DNA of 52,615 nucleotides from Nitrososphaeraceae archaeon (GTDB lineage: Archaea; Thermoproteota; Nitrososphaeria; Nitrososphaerales; Nitrososphaeraceae), in NCBI GenBank assembly GCA_022545895.1, contig JAKEIK010000176.1, positions 1 through 52,615 on the forward strand. The letters are read 5' to 3'. Each line of letters opens with the position of its first letter. The first letter of the stretch is position 1. The position numbers were made by a program, and so were the translations under genes. Positions 10,433 through 21,844 of this stretch are shown piece by piece. The notes below the pieces were generated by a model. The model had not been told where the DNA came from. It did not search any database and saw only the letters and a program-made list of their open reading frames with translations.

Positions 10433-10690
10433 TCATTCCTGGCCCTTTATGATCTGGCTCATTTCATTATACAACTCTAAGAATTTAAACCCGCTCGGTG
10501 TAGTGTTGAAGGTTTTGTCAGTTTTGTCATACTCCAAGAAGCCTCGCTCAATTAGTGTTTTAGTATACTCAAGGATTTGGAAATACGTAAGATACGAATT
10601 AAACATTATCTTTGTCAAACTTATGCCATCACCCGACCCCGTGCTAACGAGTATAGATGCAAAAATTTCCTCTCTATCGCGCAACCTCAT
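10433..10690 (-). CDS. winged helix-turn-helix protein (HTH_45/COG3432-like)
   Basis: RDREEIFASIL...TKIMFNSYLTY...TT.SGFKFL; ATG 10690 preferred (ORF is open to 10735). Confidence 0.85.
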   Translation of the reverse strand: MRLRDREEIFASILVSTGSGDGISLTKIMFNSYLTYFQILEYTKTLIERGFLEYDKTDKTFNTTPSGFKFLELYNEMSQIIKGQE

Positions 10691-11114
10691 GGGAGAATAA
10701 GTGATTTTATTGCTAATAAGCAACAAGGTAATCAATACTAGACTAAATTTCTGAATTTACTGACAAGAGTTATCCAATATCTACACTTTACGATTAGTTC
10801 CGTTGGAGAGTTATATCGGCTTTTCTGGATCGTGTTATACTTCCTAGGAGGTGCATTATGTCCTGCGGCGATAGAGAATAAGAAATGAATAAATTTTTGA
10901 TTATGTAGAAATTGAGCATCTTGTACACTTTCCCAATTAAAGTAGAGGTGCGGAGTTGGGCAAAAAGAACACCGAACATCTTTGGATGTACGGCTAAATT
11001 ACGTATGATTATGAGTTAAGACAATACATTCTCCTATTGGTCCAATGCAATGTCTGTGCGTAGGGCGAAGTACATAGCAACTACTCTTATCGTCATGCAA
11101 TGTGAGTATGGCAG

Positions 11115-11594
11115 CTAATTATATGCATGCTTTTTTCTATGGCAGGGGGTACAGAATGCTCTGCAATTAGTTATTCGATTATCTGATCGATTACCATTTT
11201 TGTGATCAAAATCTATATTGAACTTAATCAAAGTTTTTTTGCATCTGGCACACTTATTACGCTGCTTTTTTAATCTTTCACCTTTTGTATGTGCGGTAAA
11301 GCCAACCCTCACTCTTTTCGTTGTTTTGTAGAAGAGGGGAAAAAGTGTTAAAGATAGAACTAAGAGAGCAATCAATCTTTGCTCAGTTGTGCCTACGTTG
11401 TGCTTTGGTAGGTAATCCCAAAATGCTAAGGAATAGGCAGTTCCTATAATTACTAATGCAAATGCCATTCTTAAATCTGGCTTTCTATATCTGCATTTTA
11501 CGTATATCATACTTAATATCAAGGCACAAACGAGCAACCAAAAAATAGTTGTTAGAGTCTGTTGGTTGATACTGTTAGTATCTAAAATGCTCAT
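11115..11594 (-). CDS. membrane-anchored HNH endonuclease-domain protein
   Basis: Three hydrophobic segments, then CARC...DFDHKNG..SDN...N...CTPCHRKKH (zinc-binding HNH motif). Confidence 0.85.
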   Translation of the reverse strand: MSILDTNSINQQTLTTIFWLLVCALILSMIYVKCRYRKPDLRMAFALVIIGTAYSLAFWDYLPKHNVGTTEQRLIALLVLSLTLFPLFYKTTKRVRVGFTAHTKGERLKKQRNKCARCKKTLIKFNIDFDHKNGNRSDNRITNCRAFCTPCHRKKHAYN

Positions 11595-11874
11595 TGGGGC
11601 GTGATGCTCTATCCATTAAAATTTATTAAGAGTGCTTCTTTCTTTTCTATACCACTATTCGCAGCTTGACAACTTGCAAAATAGACATCTCAAATTCAAA
11701 ATACTTGCGTTTATAAATAATTCTAAATTACTGGTGCTGGTCATTGGTTTTCATTTGAAATGATCGTATACTGCCAAAAAATAATTTCCTCTATTTCTTG
11801 AATAATTTGCTAACACTCCCTGTCAAACAAGTTTTACATAGTATGTTATCTCCCAAGTTGAGTAAATCGAATCG

Positions 11875-12288
11875 TTGAATATACTGATAGCTGAAGACGA
11901 TCAGGACATTGTTCGAATGTATGTAAAAATATTTGAGAACAAAACCAACCATATAACTGTGGCCACTGATGGAGAAGAATGTTTGAGAATATATAATGAA
12001 AAATTTAAGGAAATAACCGTAGCAATGAATTCTTACGATCAACCCTTTGACATCTTAATTTTAGACTACAAAATGCCAAACATCGATGGATTTGAAGTAG
12101 CAAAAAGGATAATATCCATAAATCCTAGGCAGCGAATTATACTAGCTTCTGCCTACGGTAAGGATATTTTCGAGGACGCAGCAGAATACTTCAATCTTCC
12201 CATAGATATACTCCAAAAGCCCTTTTCACGAATGCAACTTATTGGATTGGTGGAGAAAAAAAGAACTTTACCAAAAGCATTAGCTTGA
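11875..12288 (+). CDS. stand-alone response regulator receiver protein
   Basis: ILIAEDD, DILILDYKMP.IDG, ILASA, LQKPF; no output domain; TTG start. Confidence 0.92.
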   Translation: MNILIAEDDQDIVRMYVKIFENKTNHITVATDGEECLRIYNEKFKEITVAMNSYDQPFDILILDYKMPNIDGFEVAKRIISINPRQRIILASAYGKDIFEDAAEYFNLPIDILQKPFSRMQLIGLVEKKRTLPKALA

Positions 12289-12957
12289 ATTATGAATATC
12301 TTACAGACCTTTGGATAAGACCTTTGTCTTATTCATTTTAAAAGAAAATTGTATAGAGTTCATTTACATTTATCATCGGGAAATTTCATGTTTCGATTAC
12401 TTCCATGGATCTTGAACCTACTGAAAAATTGTGAGAAAATGACATCTGAGAAGCCTAATTCATTGGTAACATTTATTTTGAAGTTTTTGCTCATTTATGC
12501 GGCAGTTTATCACTATTGATGCCCACTCGTTCAAAATATCTTCAATACGATTACTACTTGGAATAATCGAATAATCTCCATTCAATAAGTTTCAGTATAG
12601 TGATGATTTAGTGATTCACTCAGACTATTACTTTAAGGTGATTTCCGAAAGATTATATGAAATTCTTAATTGGGTAACTTAGTACATTTTATTTCAAATG
12701 CCCGAAAAAGGTTCTAGGCAGATCCTTTGCACTGGAAAGCCGGTTCTGAGTATTACACTTCGATCTCGATGGTGACTCACTGTATTGTAATATTGCCACA
12801 ATTAACAACGACAAAGATATTTTTGTTTGTTTTTCTAATCTTTCACATCTATTCACTCTAGACGCAGAACCCGTTAGGTGCTTTTGAACCAATGCAGATT
12901 AGGTCACAAAATAGTAAACATCTCTTGTGTCATCCCCTTTTCTATTAGAGAGCAGCA

Positions 12958-14316
12958 TTATTTCTTAGGCCCTGTGATTATATCATGAGATGCTTGTCCA
13001 AACACTTCTTGGTATGCATTTTCCATAATACCAAAATATTTAGTAATCTTCATTTTCCCTTCTCCGGTTGCTTTATCATATACGAACTTGACGAGATTAA
13101 AGTTTGGAGTTTTTTCAGGTAAAAAACTCCAACTCCAATAAGCCATTCCCCATATGCCAATTCCCTTGAATTTCTGAAGTATGGTGTTTGCATCAGTCTG
13201 GCTGATATCGCTCTGCCTCGCGCTGATCACAAAAGACTTTTTGCCTTCAAGAGTGGTGGCAACTCGTTTCACATTATTCCATTCCCCCACGTAAAGTGGT
13301 ACTCCAGCTATCCTACTTGCATTTTCAAATAATTGAAGCTTATCGCTTTGATAACCATCCTTAGGAATCCCGTAAAGTGAAAATTTGAATACTATATTTT
13401 GTTTGTTGTTTGGAGACATCTTTGCCAGATTTTCTGCATTGACTCGTATTGGACTTTTTAGGTCTATGGGAATATTCATACTGTAAATTAACGTCTTGTC
13501 TGTAAGTTTACGGAGTTCTTTAGTCATGAAGGTATTGTACTTGCCAATTTTTGACCATTGATTTTTATTGTGAACTTGTGGTTCGCTCAAAATTTCATAG
13601 CCCAATGTACTTGGGTGTTTGTCAACTGTCTTTACGATCTTCTTCAAGAATTCTGCTTGCAGACGCCATCCATCTGTCCCGTTCACGCTCTTAATTGCCC
13701 TGTTCCACCAATTGGTCCACCATGCCTCTGCAACCGCAGATTTTGGTATTCCTCCGCTGTCTTGTTTGTAAAGTACCGCATCGTTGAACAAGTATGCCGG
13801 AAACCCTGTGCCACTGCCAACATCTAACCACGAGGAGGTGTGGAATTGATGATTGTCATATATCACTTTGATTCCATATTTGTCTGCTAACTTTGCAACG
13901 TGTTTTAATTCTTTTATGAATTCTATTGGATTTTTGACGTATGACTCCCAATATACCCTGTAACGAACATGGTCAATAATTTTTGCTTTCGAAAATGCCT
14001 TGAAACTACTTGCATAATAGTTACTTGGATAGGGGTTTTTGAAACCTTCTCGAGACTGGGGCAAACCTGTATAATAGCCTTTCATGTTTAAGCCAAGATG
14101 AGGTCCAGACTCGTGAATAATTCCATCATGCCCTTCGTTACTGTTCACAATATCTTTATCTGGTTTGTCTTTTGACTTTGCATATGTTGTATTCGTGATG
14201 CTATTATTAAGAATGCAACTGCTTACGACAAGTATGGTCGCGATAAAAATAAAGGAAATTATTTTAGTATCTCTATATTGTGCAGATAAATTGTTGGGGT
14301 TAAACACTCGCAACAT
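12958..14316 (-). CDS. secreted/membrane-anchored glycoside hydrolase, family 5 (cellulase-like TIM barrel)
   Basis: HVRYRVYW, VIYDNH, YEILSEP (acid/base), PLYVGEW (nucleophile), AYWSW; N-terminal hydrophobic segment. Confidence 0.85.
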   Translation of the reverse strand: MLRVFNPNNLSAQYRDTKIISFIFIATILVVSSCILNNSITNTTYAKSKDKPDKDIVNSNEGHDGIIHESGPHLGLNMKGYYTGLPQSREGFKNPYPSNYYASSFKAFSKAKIIDHVRYRVYWESYVKNPIEFIKELKHVAKLADKYGIKVIYDNHQFHTSSWLDVGSGTGFPAYLFNDAVLYKQDSGGIPKSAVAEAWWTNWWNRAIKSVNGTDGWRLQAEFLKKIVKTVDKHPSTLGYEILSEPQVHNKNQWSKIGKYNTFMTKELRKLTDKTLIYSMNIPIDLKSPIRVNAENLAKMSPNNKQNIVFKFSLYGIPKDGYQSDKLQLFENASRIAGVPLYVGEWNNVKRVATTLEGKKSFVISARQSDISQTDANTILQKFKGIGIWGMAYWSWSFLPEKTPNFNLVKFVYDKATGEGKMKITKYFGIMENAYQEVFGQASHDIITGPKK

Positions 14317-14590
14317 TCTACTTCATCTTGAATATATTCCATTCTGACTAACACATAGATTTTTATCTATTTTTCGGTATCCCGTCTTGTCCTGCCGATT
14401 AATGTTTATTCTTCTAGTTGGCGTGCTACATGCAATATTTAATGACTATGTCGAGTTTAGTTCGTACTGTGGAAACTATCTATTTTGTGAGAAAGTCTTC
14501 TGTCACTATTTTAACACTAGTTGCGGTACAATTAGAGAAAATCGCAATGAGAAACCAAATTAAGAGATGAAAAAACTATTATGGAGTAAT

Positions 14591-15031
14591 TTATGAAAAA
14601 GAAGCGTAATAACCTGTTTTGATAACATAATGATCAAAACCATTCAATCTACCAACATCGCTCAAAATTTCAAAAGTAGATGATTGACCTGGTTCTAATA
14701 TTGTATATGTTGGGGCTCCCTGTGTCAATCCTATCAAATTATTCGTGGAATTATAAACTTCTAATGACAGTTTTATGCCGTTAAGTGTATCATTACTTAT
14801 GTTCGTTATTATTCCCAGTATGTTATACGTATCATTATACTGTACTGCAGTTAAATTGTTAATAGAAAGTATATCGCTTCGAAATATACCATTAGGTTCT
14901 TGTGCATGGACCGAAACAGGAATGATGAGAACTATTGCGATTACAATAATTAATTTCATTTTGTTTCCTTCTTTTGGTTCTTTGAAACCTGATTCTATTA
15001 AGACTTTAATGTCTTGTACTTTATAACCCAA
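14591..15031 (-). CDS. secreted FxLYD-domain-like (Ig-like) protein
   Basis: Signal-like MKLIIVIAIVLIIPVSVHA, then ILGIITN...EVYNSTNNLIG...LEPGQSSTF; true start probably at the internal MKLII. Confidence 0.75.
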   Translation of the reverse strand: MGYKVQDIKVLIESGFKEPKEGNKMKLIIVIAIVLIIPVSVHAQEPNGIFRSDILSINNLTAVQYNDTYNILGIITNISNDTLNGIKLSLEVYNSTNNLIGLTQGAPTYTILEPGQSSTFEILSDVGRLNGFDHYVIKTGYYASFS

Positions 15032-15708
15032 TCTTTATCGCAGAAAAAGTGCTCCGACCATGTACTATAACTAGTTTATGACTTGAGGTTTGCTCTAATA
15101 TTACTTATAAATTACCTTGTTGTCAATTAGGACAATATCGGACAAATGCAGCAATGAACACTTTCTAAATTCTCTGAATAATCGTGTGTAGCGCAAATGT
15201 AGTCATGAGAACATCTATTCCCGAGATAATAGCATCAAACTAATTCGTCACATATGTTGTGTATTGGTTTACCCTCCTGTTGGTTAGTGAATTTATTATT
15301 CCTTCAAGTTCTTTCATCACACCATGCATCATCATCTTGTAGCTTGTCCATGTAGTCAATTCTCGCCTTAATTTTAAGCCCTGGAATTTTAGAAAATTGG
15401 TGCACCAGTTGAACATCAATATCCAGCTCTGAAATCGTCAAAGGCCCGTTAGAAACAGGGTCCAATGCCACATAGTCCAATCACTGTCGGATACAGTATA
15501 AAATACTCATTAAAATGCTCCGTAACAATATAACTAATCTCTTTACAACCCATAATTCAGAACATGGTTACCACATATTATTGTAAGATATTTACTTTCA
15601 AACTACTTTAAGTTAGTTATTTCAAATTGTACTTTGATTATCGAATGGGAGTACATTACTGAATTCAAATAAACTCGAAAGTTTTCACATTCCCTGAGTA
15701 GCGATAAC

Positions 15709-16200
15709 ATGGTGCATTACAAAAGTAAATTAGCATTTTTGGCTAGTGCTTTGATAATATTTGCTATGCTATCAGGTGTGCTAACTCTGCCTGCAAATGG
15801 ATTGAGCCTACAGGGCATGCTAGGATTAAATACAGAATTACTCTCTTCAAAAATAGACCTGGCAACAAAGAATTTAGCTGAAAAAACAGAGACGTCCTCC
15901 CCAAACAAAAGCGAATTACAACAGTCTTTCTCAGATCCTTTCAAATCGAATGTTCTAAACGAGAAACTTGGTATTTCAATTGTTTCATTGCCCACGAACG
16001 ACCATGTCTCAATGGAAATGAATTCAATAGGGACAAATGCTACTTGCGACAATGATCATGAGTGCGAGAAAAGTCAAACCCTATCTGGCAAGGAAAGTAT
16101 ATCCGTGAATGATGAGAGCAACGTACGTGATCAAATAATTAACTCAATCTCAAAAAACAAGAATCCCTTCGAACTTCCAATAGACATACCATTCCCATAA
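15709..16200 (+). CDS. hypothetical secreted protein
   Basis: Signal peptide, Ser/Asn-rich body, C-terminal PFELPIDIPFP. Confidence 0.65.
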   Translation: MVHYKSKLAFLASALIIFAMLSGVLTLPANGLSLQGMLGLNTELLSSKIDLATKNLAEKTETSSPNKSELQQSFSDPFKSNVLNEKLGISIVSLPTNDHVSMEMNSIGTNATCDNDHECEKSQTLSGKESISVNDESNVRDQIINSISKNKNPFELPIDIPFP

Positions 16201-16358
16201 CGATTCCAACTAAAGGTCAGGACTCAAAACTATTATAATCGCATTGATACGTATATGACGCAGCATTTAATCGATTGTGTTGAGATTTATGAAGTATTTT
16301 AATTCCAGTGTTCCGAAGAACAAAGATAATATAGACAAAATAAGTTACTGGCCTCGTA

Positions 16359-16949
16359 TTGGTTTCATATTCAAAGTATAACATTAAAAAGCGTACCCTG
16401 TTTTCTATTTTGATAGCTGTTATTATTATCATATCTTTTTTTATATCGATCAGGCTGATTTTGGGTGAGTTCAATCCTGTCTATGTTGTCGTGAGTGGAA
16501 GCATGATTCCTACTCTACTGGTCGGAGACGTTGTCGTGACACAAAATGATGGTCATGGGATCGGCGGCAGTGTGCAATCTGCATTCGACCAGTTAAAGAC
16601 CGGAGATATAATAGTGTTCAAGGCACCAGAAGATTTTGATGAGCAAGGAAATCCTAGGACAATAGTACATAGAGTCATATTTGTAGGGATGGATCCTCGG
16701 AGCAAAGAACAGGTTGTTGCCACCAAAGGCGATAATAATCCCGAGTCATATGTTGGACTGGACTTTCCAATACTTAAGAGCAATTACATTGGTAAAGTCA
16801 TCATTGTGATTCCCAAATTAGGACTGATTATTCAGCTCTTAAAACCACCTGTCAACTATATACTTATAGCAATTATCATAGGGGTTTTTATTGCTTATCA
16901 TTTTAAGAGGGAAAGAAAAGATGATACTACAGTTCCTGCTACATCTTAG
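16359..16949 (+). CDS. signal peptidase I (archaeal/Sec11 type)
   Basis: VVSGSMIPTLLVGD (catalytic Ser), IVHRV (His), TKGDNN; flanking TM segments. Confidence 0.93.
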   Translation: MVSYSKYNIKKRTLFSILIAVIIIISFFISIRLILGEFNPVYVVVSGSMIPTLLVGDVVVTQNDGHGIGGSVQSAFDQLKTGDIIVFKAPEDFDEQGNPRTIVHRVIFVGMDPRSKEQVVATKGDNNPESYVGLDFPILKSNYIGKVIIVIPKLGLIIQLLKPPVNYILIAIIIGVFIAYHFKRERKDDTTVPATS

Positions 16950-17563
16950 TGCTAGCGAATTTATGAACGTGTGCGTGTCCACGTAGAAAGGCATTACCCT
17001 GCTGCACTATTTTTTTGGTCCTTCATTGTCTTCGTGCAATTTGTAATTCAATTTTTCTCTTATAATGTTTATTCGGTTAAGATTGATACAGGGAAAAATA
17101 ATCTATGCATTTGTTATATTCTAGACTGTAAGTACGGGACAGATTCATTGCAATAAAACAAGATTTGTCACATAGAGTTAGCATTGTCGTTCCTTTTTCC
17201 ATTGATAATAATGACTTACCGGTATTCTTACAAATTCAGTTTGCTAGCGCACTAGTCGAGAAAACTGCCGCTAAGAAATTAGTATTTGTCCCAACCGTTT
17301 GCCTTCTTGGTTTAAGCCAATGAGATACTACCTACTGAATCTTGGACCCCAGATAATTCAGAAGGATTGTCCCAAATGTAGTCAAAGAGGGAATTTTTGA
17401 CTAACTTTCTTTTAGAACGCGCTCAGTTATATTCACTATATGGAACCTTATTGAACATGCCCTATATTGATCAATATTTATAAGGGTATGCTGGTTGCGC
17501 GGTGAGATATCGCTACTACTGCTGAACGGAATATATAAATTGACTTAGATTTGTTCAAGAAAT

Positions 17564-17815
17564 ATGAACAAATTGACATTCGTGGCAGTGTGTTTAGCGC
17601 TGTCATTCGGAATTAGCTTCGCAATGATCACACCATCTGTGATGGGACAACCAACATACATGAACCAAAGTGGAATTAACATGTCAGCTCCTGAGACAGC
17701 CGAAAACGCCGTTCCAGGTAACGACACCATGATCCTTGAAAACGATACCAGTATTGGCAATCCTAACAACACATTACTTAACAGCATGGGAACAAACGAA
17801 AATCAAAGTAATTAG
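17564..17815 (+). CDS. small hypothetical secreted protein
   Basis: Signal peptide then Asn/Thr-rich tail; TATATAAA about 30 nt upstream. Confidence 0.65.
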   Translation: MNKLTFVAVCLALSFGISFAMITPSVMGQPTYMNQSGINMSAPETAENAVPGNDTMILENDTSIGNPNNTLLNSMGTNENQSN

Positions 17816-17933
17816 AAACTGGGATAGGGTTCATCTCTTAGCTACCGTCGGCTACCGTATCCTCCAAGAGGGGTGACTGAGAATATACTCAGCAGACCTT
17901 CTTGTTTTTTGTTTATCTATTGTCCAGTTAGCT

Positions 17934-17957
17934 CTATAGAAGTATACACTTCTATAG
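17934..17957. repeat. perfect 10-bp inverted repeat CTATAGAAGT-ATAC-ACTTCTATAG
   Basis: Read directly in intergenic DNA. Confidence 0.7.
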
Positions 17958-18190
17958 TATCATCTCGAGCGTGTCATTATTTCAGATTGAATAGTGGTGT
18001 AAGAGTAATTGTTCAATAATTCGTGACGACTGAATCCAATTAAGAAGTTGGTGTGAATAGAATCTAAATTTGATTTTAGTTATTTGTTGTTATTTTAGAT
18101 TTGGGGGTATTCTTAAACATTGGATATTTTCTAGAATTTCATCTGAAATAAGCTTTTGTATTAGTTAGTTCAATTAACAATGTTAAAACA

Positions 18191-18544
18191 ATGGACTATG
18201 ATGCGTTGTGTAAGCAGATAATGGAGTCAGACCAGAATGTTCGATTCGCTGGTGTGTGTAATGAGACTGGTGAGATAATATGTGGGGGTCAGCGCGAAGG
18301 AATAGAAAATATACTTTCAAGAGAGGAAACGAGAAGATCAAATTTACAGGCATTAGCGAGATGGGGATTGCGTAACGCCTTGGCCCCAAGAACTGGAAGG
18401 GGAAAATATGCAATGGCAGAATATGAAAAAATAAAGCGTATTACAATACCTTTAGAAGATGCTCATCTCCTTTTGGTAAGCACTGAGGTCGAAGCCGACC
18501 ACGGAAAGATAATTAATAACATACTTAAACTGCTAAAGGCTTGA
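18191..18544 (+). CDS. DUF6659-like (roadblock/profilin-like) protein
   Basis: VRFAGV...G.I..GGQREG...GKYAMAEYEKIKRITIPL...LLVSTE pattern of this thaumarchaeal family. Confidence 0.8.
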   Translation: MDYDALCKQIMESDQNVRFAGVCNETGEIICGGQREGIENILSREETRRSNLQALARWGLRNALAPRTGRGKYAMAEYEKIKRITIPLEDAHLLLVSTEVEADHGKIINNILKLLKA

Positions 18545-18924
18545 TATCGACAAGTTTATACCTTCTCTGGAAGCTGAGTTGCAAAAATAGTTAAAAAGGC
18601 ACAAAGTCAAATAGCGAGATAGGCGATTATCATAACTATCACGTTCTATTCTATTTAATAATAGTCACTCAAACTGCAAGTTAACCTGTTTCAGCCCATT
18701 CCCATGGATATCTGGCATGATGAATGTGTGAGAATATTCATCCATGATTAAGGTCGGGGATCGATTGTGAAGCTATTGAGTCGTAGTTCGGTTAGAACAT
18801 GTTAGACTTGTATCAATGTCAATACCTCTGACCAGATAATTAGAAAATATCTTGATAACCCATATTATTCCTTTAATTGGTATAATATAACTTCTTAATC
18901 AAATAAGTAGAAAAGCGGATAAAT

Positions 18925-19311
18925 TTACGCGCTTGTACCTCTCTGTTCGTGTGAAGCCCCTCTGCCTGTTACACCACCAGTATAATCTCCAGCAATATCT
19001 ATAACTTCTTCTAAGTTTGACAATTCTTTGAGGAATTCCAAGCTAAGTCTCTGATTTACTACATAATGGGTGCCGTCATCATGTATGGAAGGAACCATCC
19101 CTGTTTTTTGCATGATGTAGTCTCTCATTTTCTCAGCATCAGTTCCCGGCTTTGTAAATATTTCCACCATGTAAAATGGAACTTTTTCAGGATTTTCTTC
19201 TATAGACATCAATAAGGAATGGACGAGGTTTGGGTCTACTTTAGGAAAATATGTTTGGTACAGAGTCCGTAGTCCAAGAAAGACACTTTTTATTTCTCTT
19301 AGTTCTGACAA
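18925..19311 (-). CDS. hypothetical protein
   Basis: 128-aa ORF with globular composition, TTG start, TATA-like element upstream. Confidence 0.75.
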   Translation of the reverse strand: MSELREIKSVFLGLRTLYQTYFPKVDPNLVHSLLMSIEENPEKVPFYMVEIFTKPGTDAEKMRDYIMQKTGMVPSIHDDGTHYVVNQRLSLEFLKELSNLEEVIDIAGDYTGGVTGRGASHEQRGTSA

Positions 19312-20587
19312 AATATGATATTAGTAAGGTGTTTTTAACTATAATAGTTTTGTGACCAAATAATGAGCAGTCTATCCCTTAAATGTTTTATTTTCAAATT
19401 GTTCATTCATAGAACAATTTTGAATAGCCCATGGGAGGGACCCAAAACAAAATCGGTCAATATTCTTATCATGATCATCTTTATCTAAATTCAAATCATG
19501 AATAAATGTGGTTGCCGACGCAAGATCCAATTAGAATTTCAACTCAGTCACTTAAAATGTGAGTAACATAAAAATATTTACAAGTTTAGATCGAATTCAT
19601 TAATGGTAATCAATACATATCGTACTAATACATGTGGTCAATTTTCAGAACGCAGGGTTTCAAATTTATTATCTATTCATTATAACGGGGCGTTAGGATT
19701 TGACCTAATTGGAGGGCAATCTTCATTGTGTAAAGTAGATTTTAACATCGACCTGAACCTGTTAAATGACTGACGCAATTGGAAAAATGGCACAAAGATA
19801 TTTTAGACTTAGACTTGGAATAGTCTTGATCTGGTAACTAATACATTCATTCTACTTTTGAATGCCCTCACTGGATCTACAACAATGAAACTCTGAGATA
19901 TGGCAATAATGCCCTCCGTTGCTCGAGTGCTCTGAAGCCAAACATCTGAAACCTATAGACCAAACTGATTGTCGATACTGCTTTGAATCGGCCATAATGA
20001 TTACAGGATGAAACCAATGGATTACCATGTTTTTCATTCCTAATCTAATCCCGAGTTTAGATTTGGATATAGAAGTATAATATACCAAGTAAATTACCAA
20101 TGGAATCATTGCGACCATAGAAATCTTAATAAATATAGTATGAAATGGGCCATTTGAAGAAAAATAACGGTTACCAATATAGAGTAGTACATATACCTGG
20201 CCAACCAAAATAGTGTCATCACCAGTGTCAGATAATGTAACTCTAACGGTGATGTAATGACACCCTCATCAATAATAGCTATCCCATGGAATTGTGTGCA
20301 ATTCGGGGTATGGTTTTAGAAATACGACAGTCTCTGCAGGTTGAAACTTGTAACTGCTGTTGCATTTGGGTTGAATATCACAATTCTCCGGGCTATGGAG
20401 AACATTGAGTTTTAATTACGCATCTTTTGATTTCCATAAAAACCATTATGCCATGTTGACATTTTATTAGGGTCTATCAATAATCCTTAATTTGTTATGA
20501 CGAAAACATCGGTTGATAGATGCGAGAACCGAGAATTCTTATAAGTTGTTATAACGTAGATAATAGTAAGGACAAGGTTATCAATCG

Positions 20588-21001
20588 ATGGGAAGATGGG
20601 ATGATGGATCAGGTCAATTTGCGGGCGGAGGCGGTCGGACTGGCAGAAGTGGAAGGAATTATGCTAGAATCGCTAAGTTCGTGATTTTAGGAGGGTTTAT
20701 CGTGGTTGGAATAGTTGTCTTATCCGTGTTTGTAACTAGGTCAGGTTTGAATATAGAAATCAGAGAACAGAACGAAGCAATGGGTGCGATTCAGACAATA
20801 AGTGTAAGGATTTCAAATAACAAATTTGATACACTAAACGATGTAACTGTACAATTCGGCGACAACGGAAAAATCCACAGCGTGGGAACGATTGGTCCCT
20901 TCTCGTCCATAATGATTACACCCGACCCAAAAGATTTGCATTTTGAAAAGGTTATAGTAAAGGGAAACGGTGGAAAGGTAGAAGCAGTGAAGTTTAGATA
21001 G
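20588..21001 (+). CDS. hypothetical single-TM protein with small beta-rich domain
   Basis: Gly-rich N-terminus, one TM segment, beta-strand-like C-terminus; TTATAA upstream. Confidence 0.75.
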   Translation: MGRWDDGSGQFAGGGGRTGRSGRNYARIAKFVILGGFIVVGIVVLSVFVTRSGLNIEIREQNEAMGAIQTISVRISNNKFDTLNDVTVQFGDNGKIHSVGTIGPFSSIMITPDPKDLHFEKVIVKGNGGKVEAVKFR

Positions 21002-21418
21002 TATAATAGAGTAATGATGAAGAAAATGATCAAATAGTGACTTACGTACTCTTTTTAGGTAATGATATTATTATTGCCCTCATCCGTGCGAATTACAAAG
21101 CAGATAAAAGGCTATTATTCACATCTTTTTTCCAAAAATTGATTCATCAAATATTCCATTCAATAAATCATATCTGGAGTTATTTTTTTGAGCCAAAATG
21201 TTTCGATATCTCCAAAGACAAAGGCAAATTTGAACTATAGTAGAATTTTATATAAGATGTGATAATTAGGTGAGATATCTCATAAAACATCCTTTAGTCA
21301 ACTACATCAAATAGAAACCTTATGCGAAAATTATTCATTAACTTCCTTCCATAGGTACCTTAATTAATATTCTATAGACTAGATTACAATATTGATTAAG
21401 ATTTTAACTTGATAGAAT

Positions 21419-21689
21419 GATTAATCGCTTGATTTTAATTATTCATCCAAATAAATGCTATTAATCGATAATAGAAAATGCAATTAAAACTAAGAATATA
21501 CTCTTCAGAAAATAATACGAAAATTAGGAACACAAAAAAATAACCCTGAAGTGTCATTACTGCAATTCGGAATATTGGATTGAAACAGAACGTATGATAA
21601 GTTCGCAACTTTGGCATATTGACGAGATAAATGGCGATAAGAAAAAGGTACCATTAAATGTAAATCTGTTAGATTAATCGCTTGATTTT
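21419..21689. repeat. exact 18-nt direct repeat GATTAATCGCTTGATTTT (21419-21436 and 21672-21689)
   Basis: Read directly; each copy contains the dyad AATC-N4-GATT. Confidence 0.65.
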
Positions 21690-21844
21690 TTCCATATACT
21701 AAATTGAGCGATGTGAAAATAAATAAGAAAAAGTTGGGATTACATCATGGCATAGTAAGAAATTAGATTTATTAAAGTTCAAGCACCATTAATTCAGTTT
21801 TAGATAAGGATAAGTTTATACTGCATCGTGTTCTATATAAATAC

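Noticed and set aside
19852-20405. Hydrophobic ORF fragments, possibly a decayed membrane protein
   Set aside because: No recognisable family motif; cannot be supported without a search
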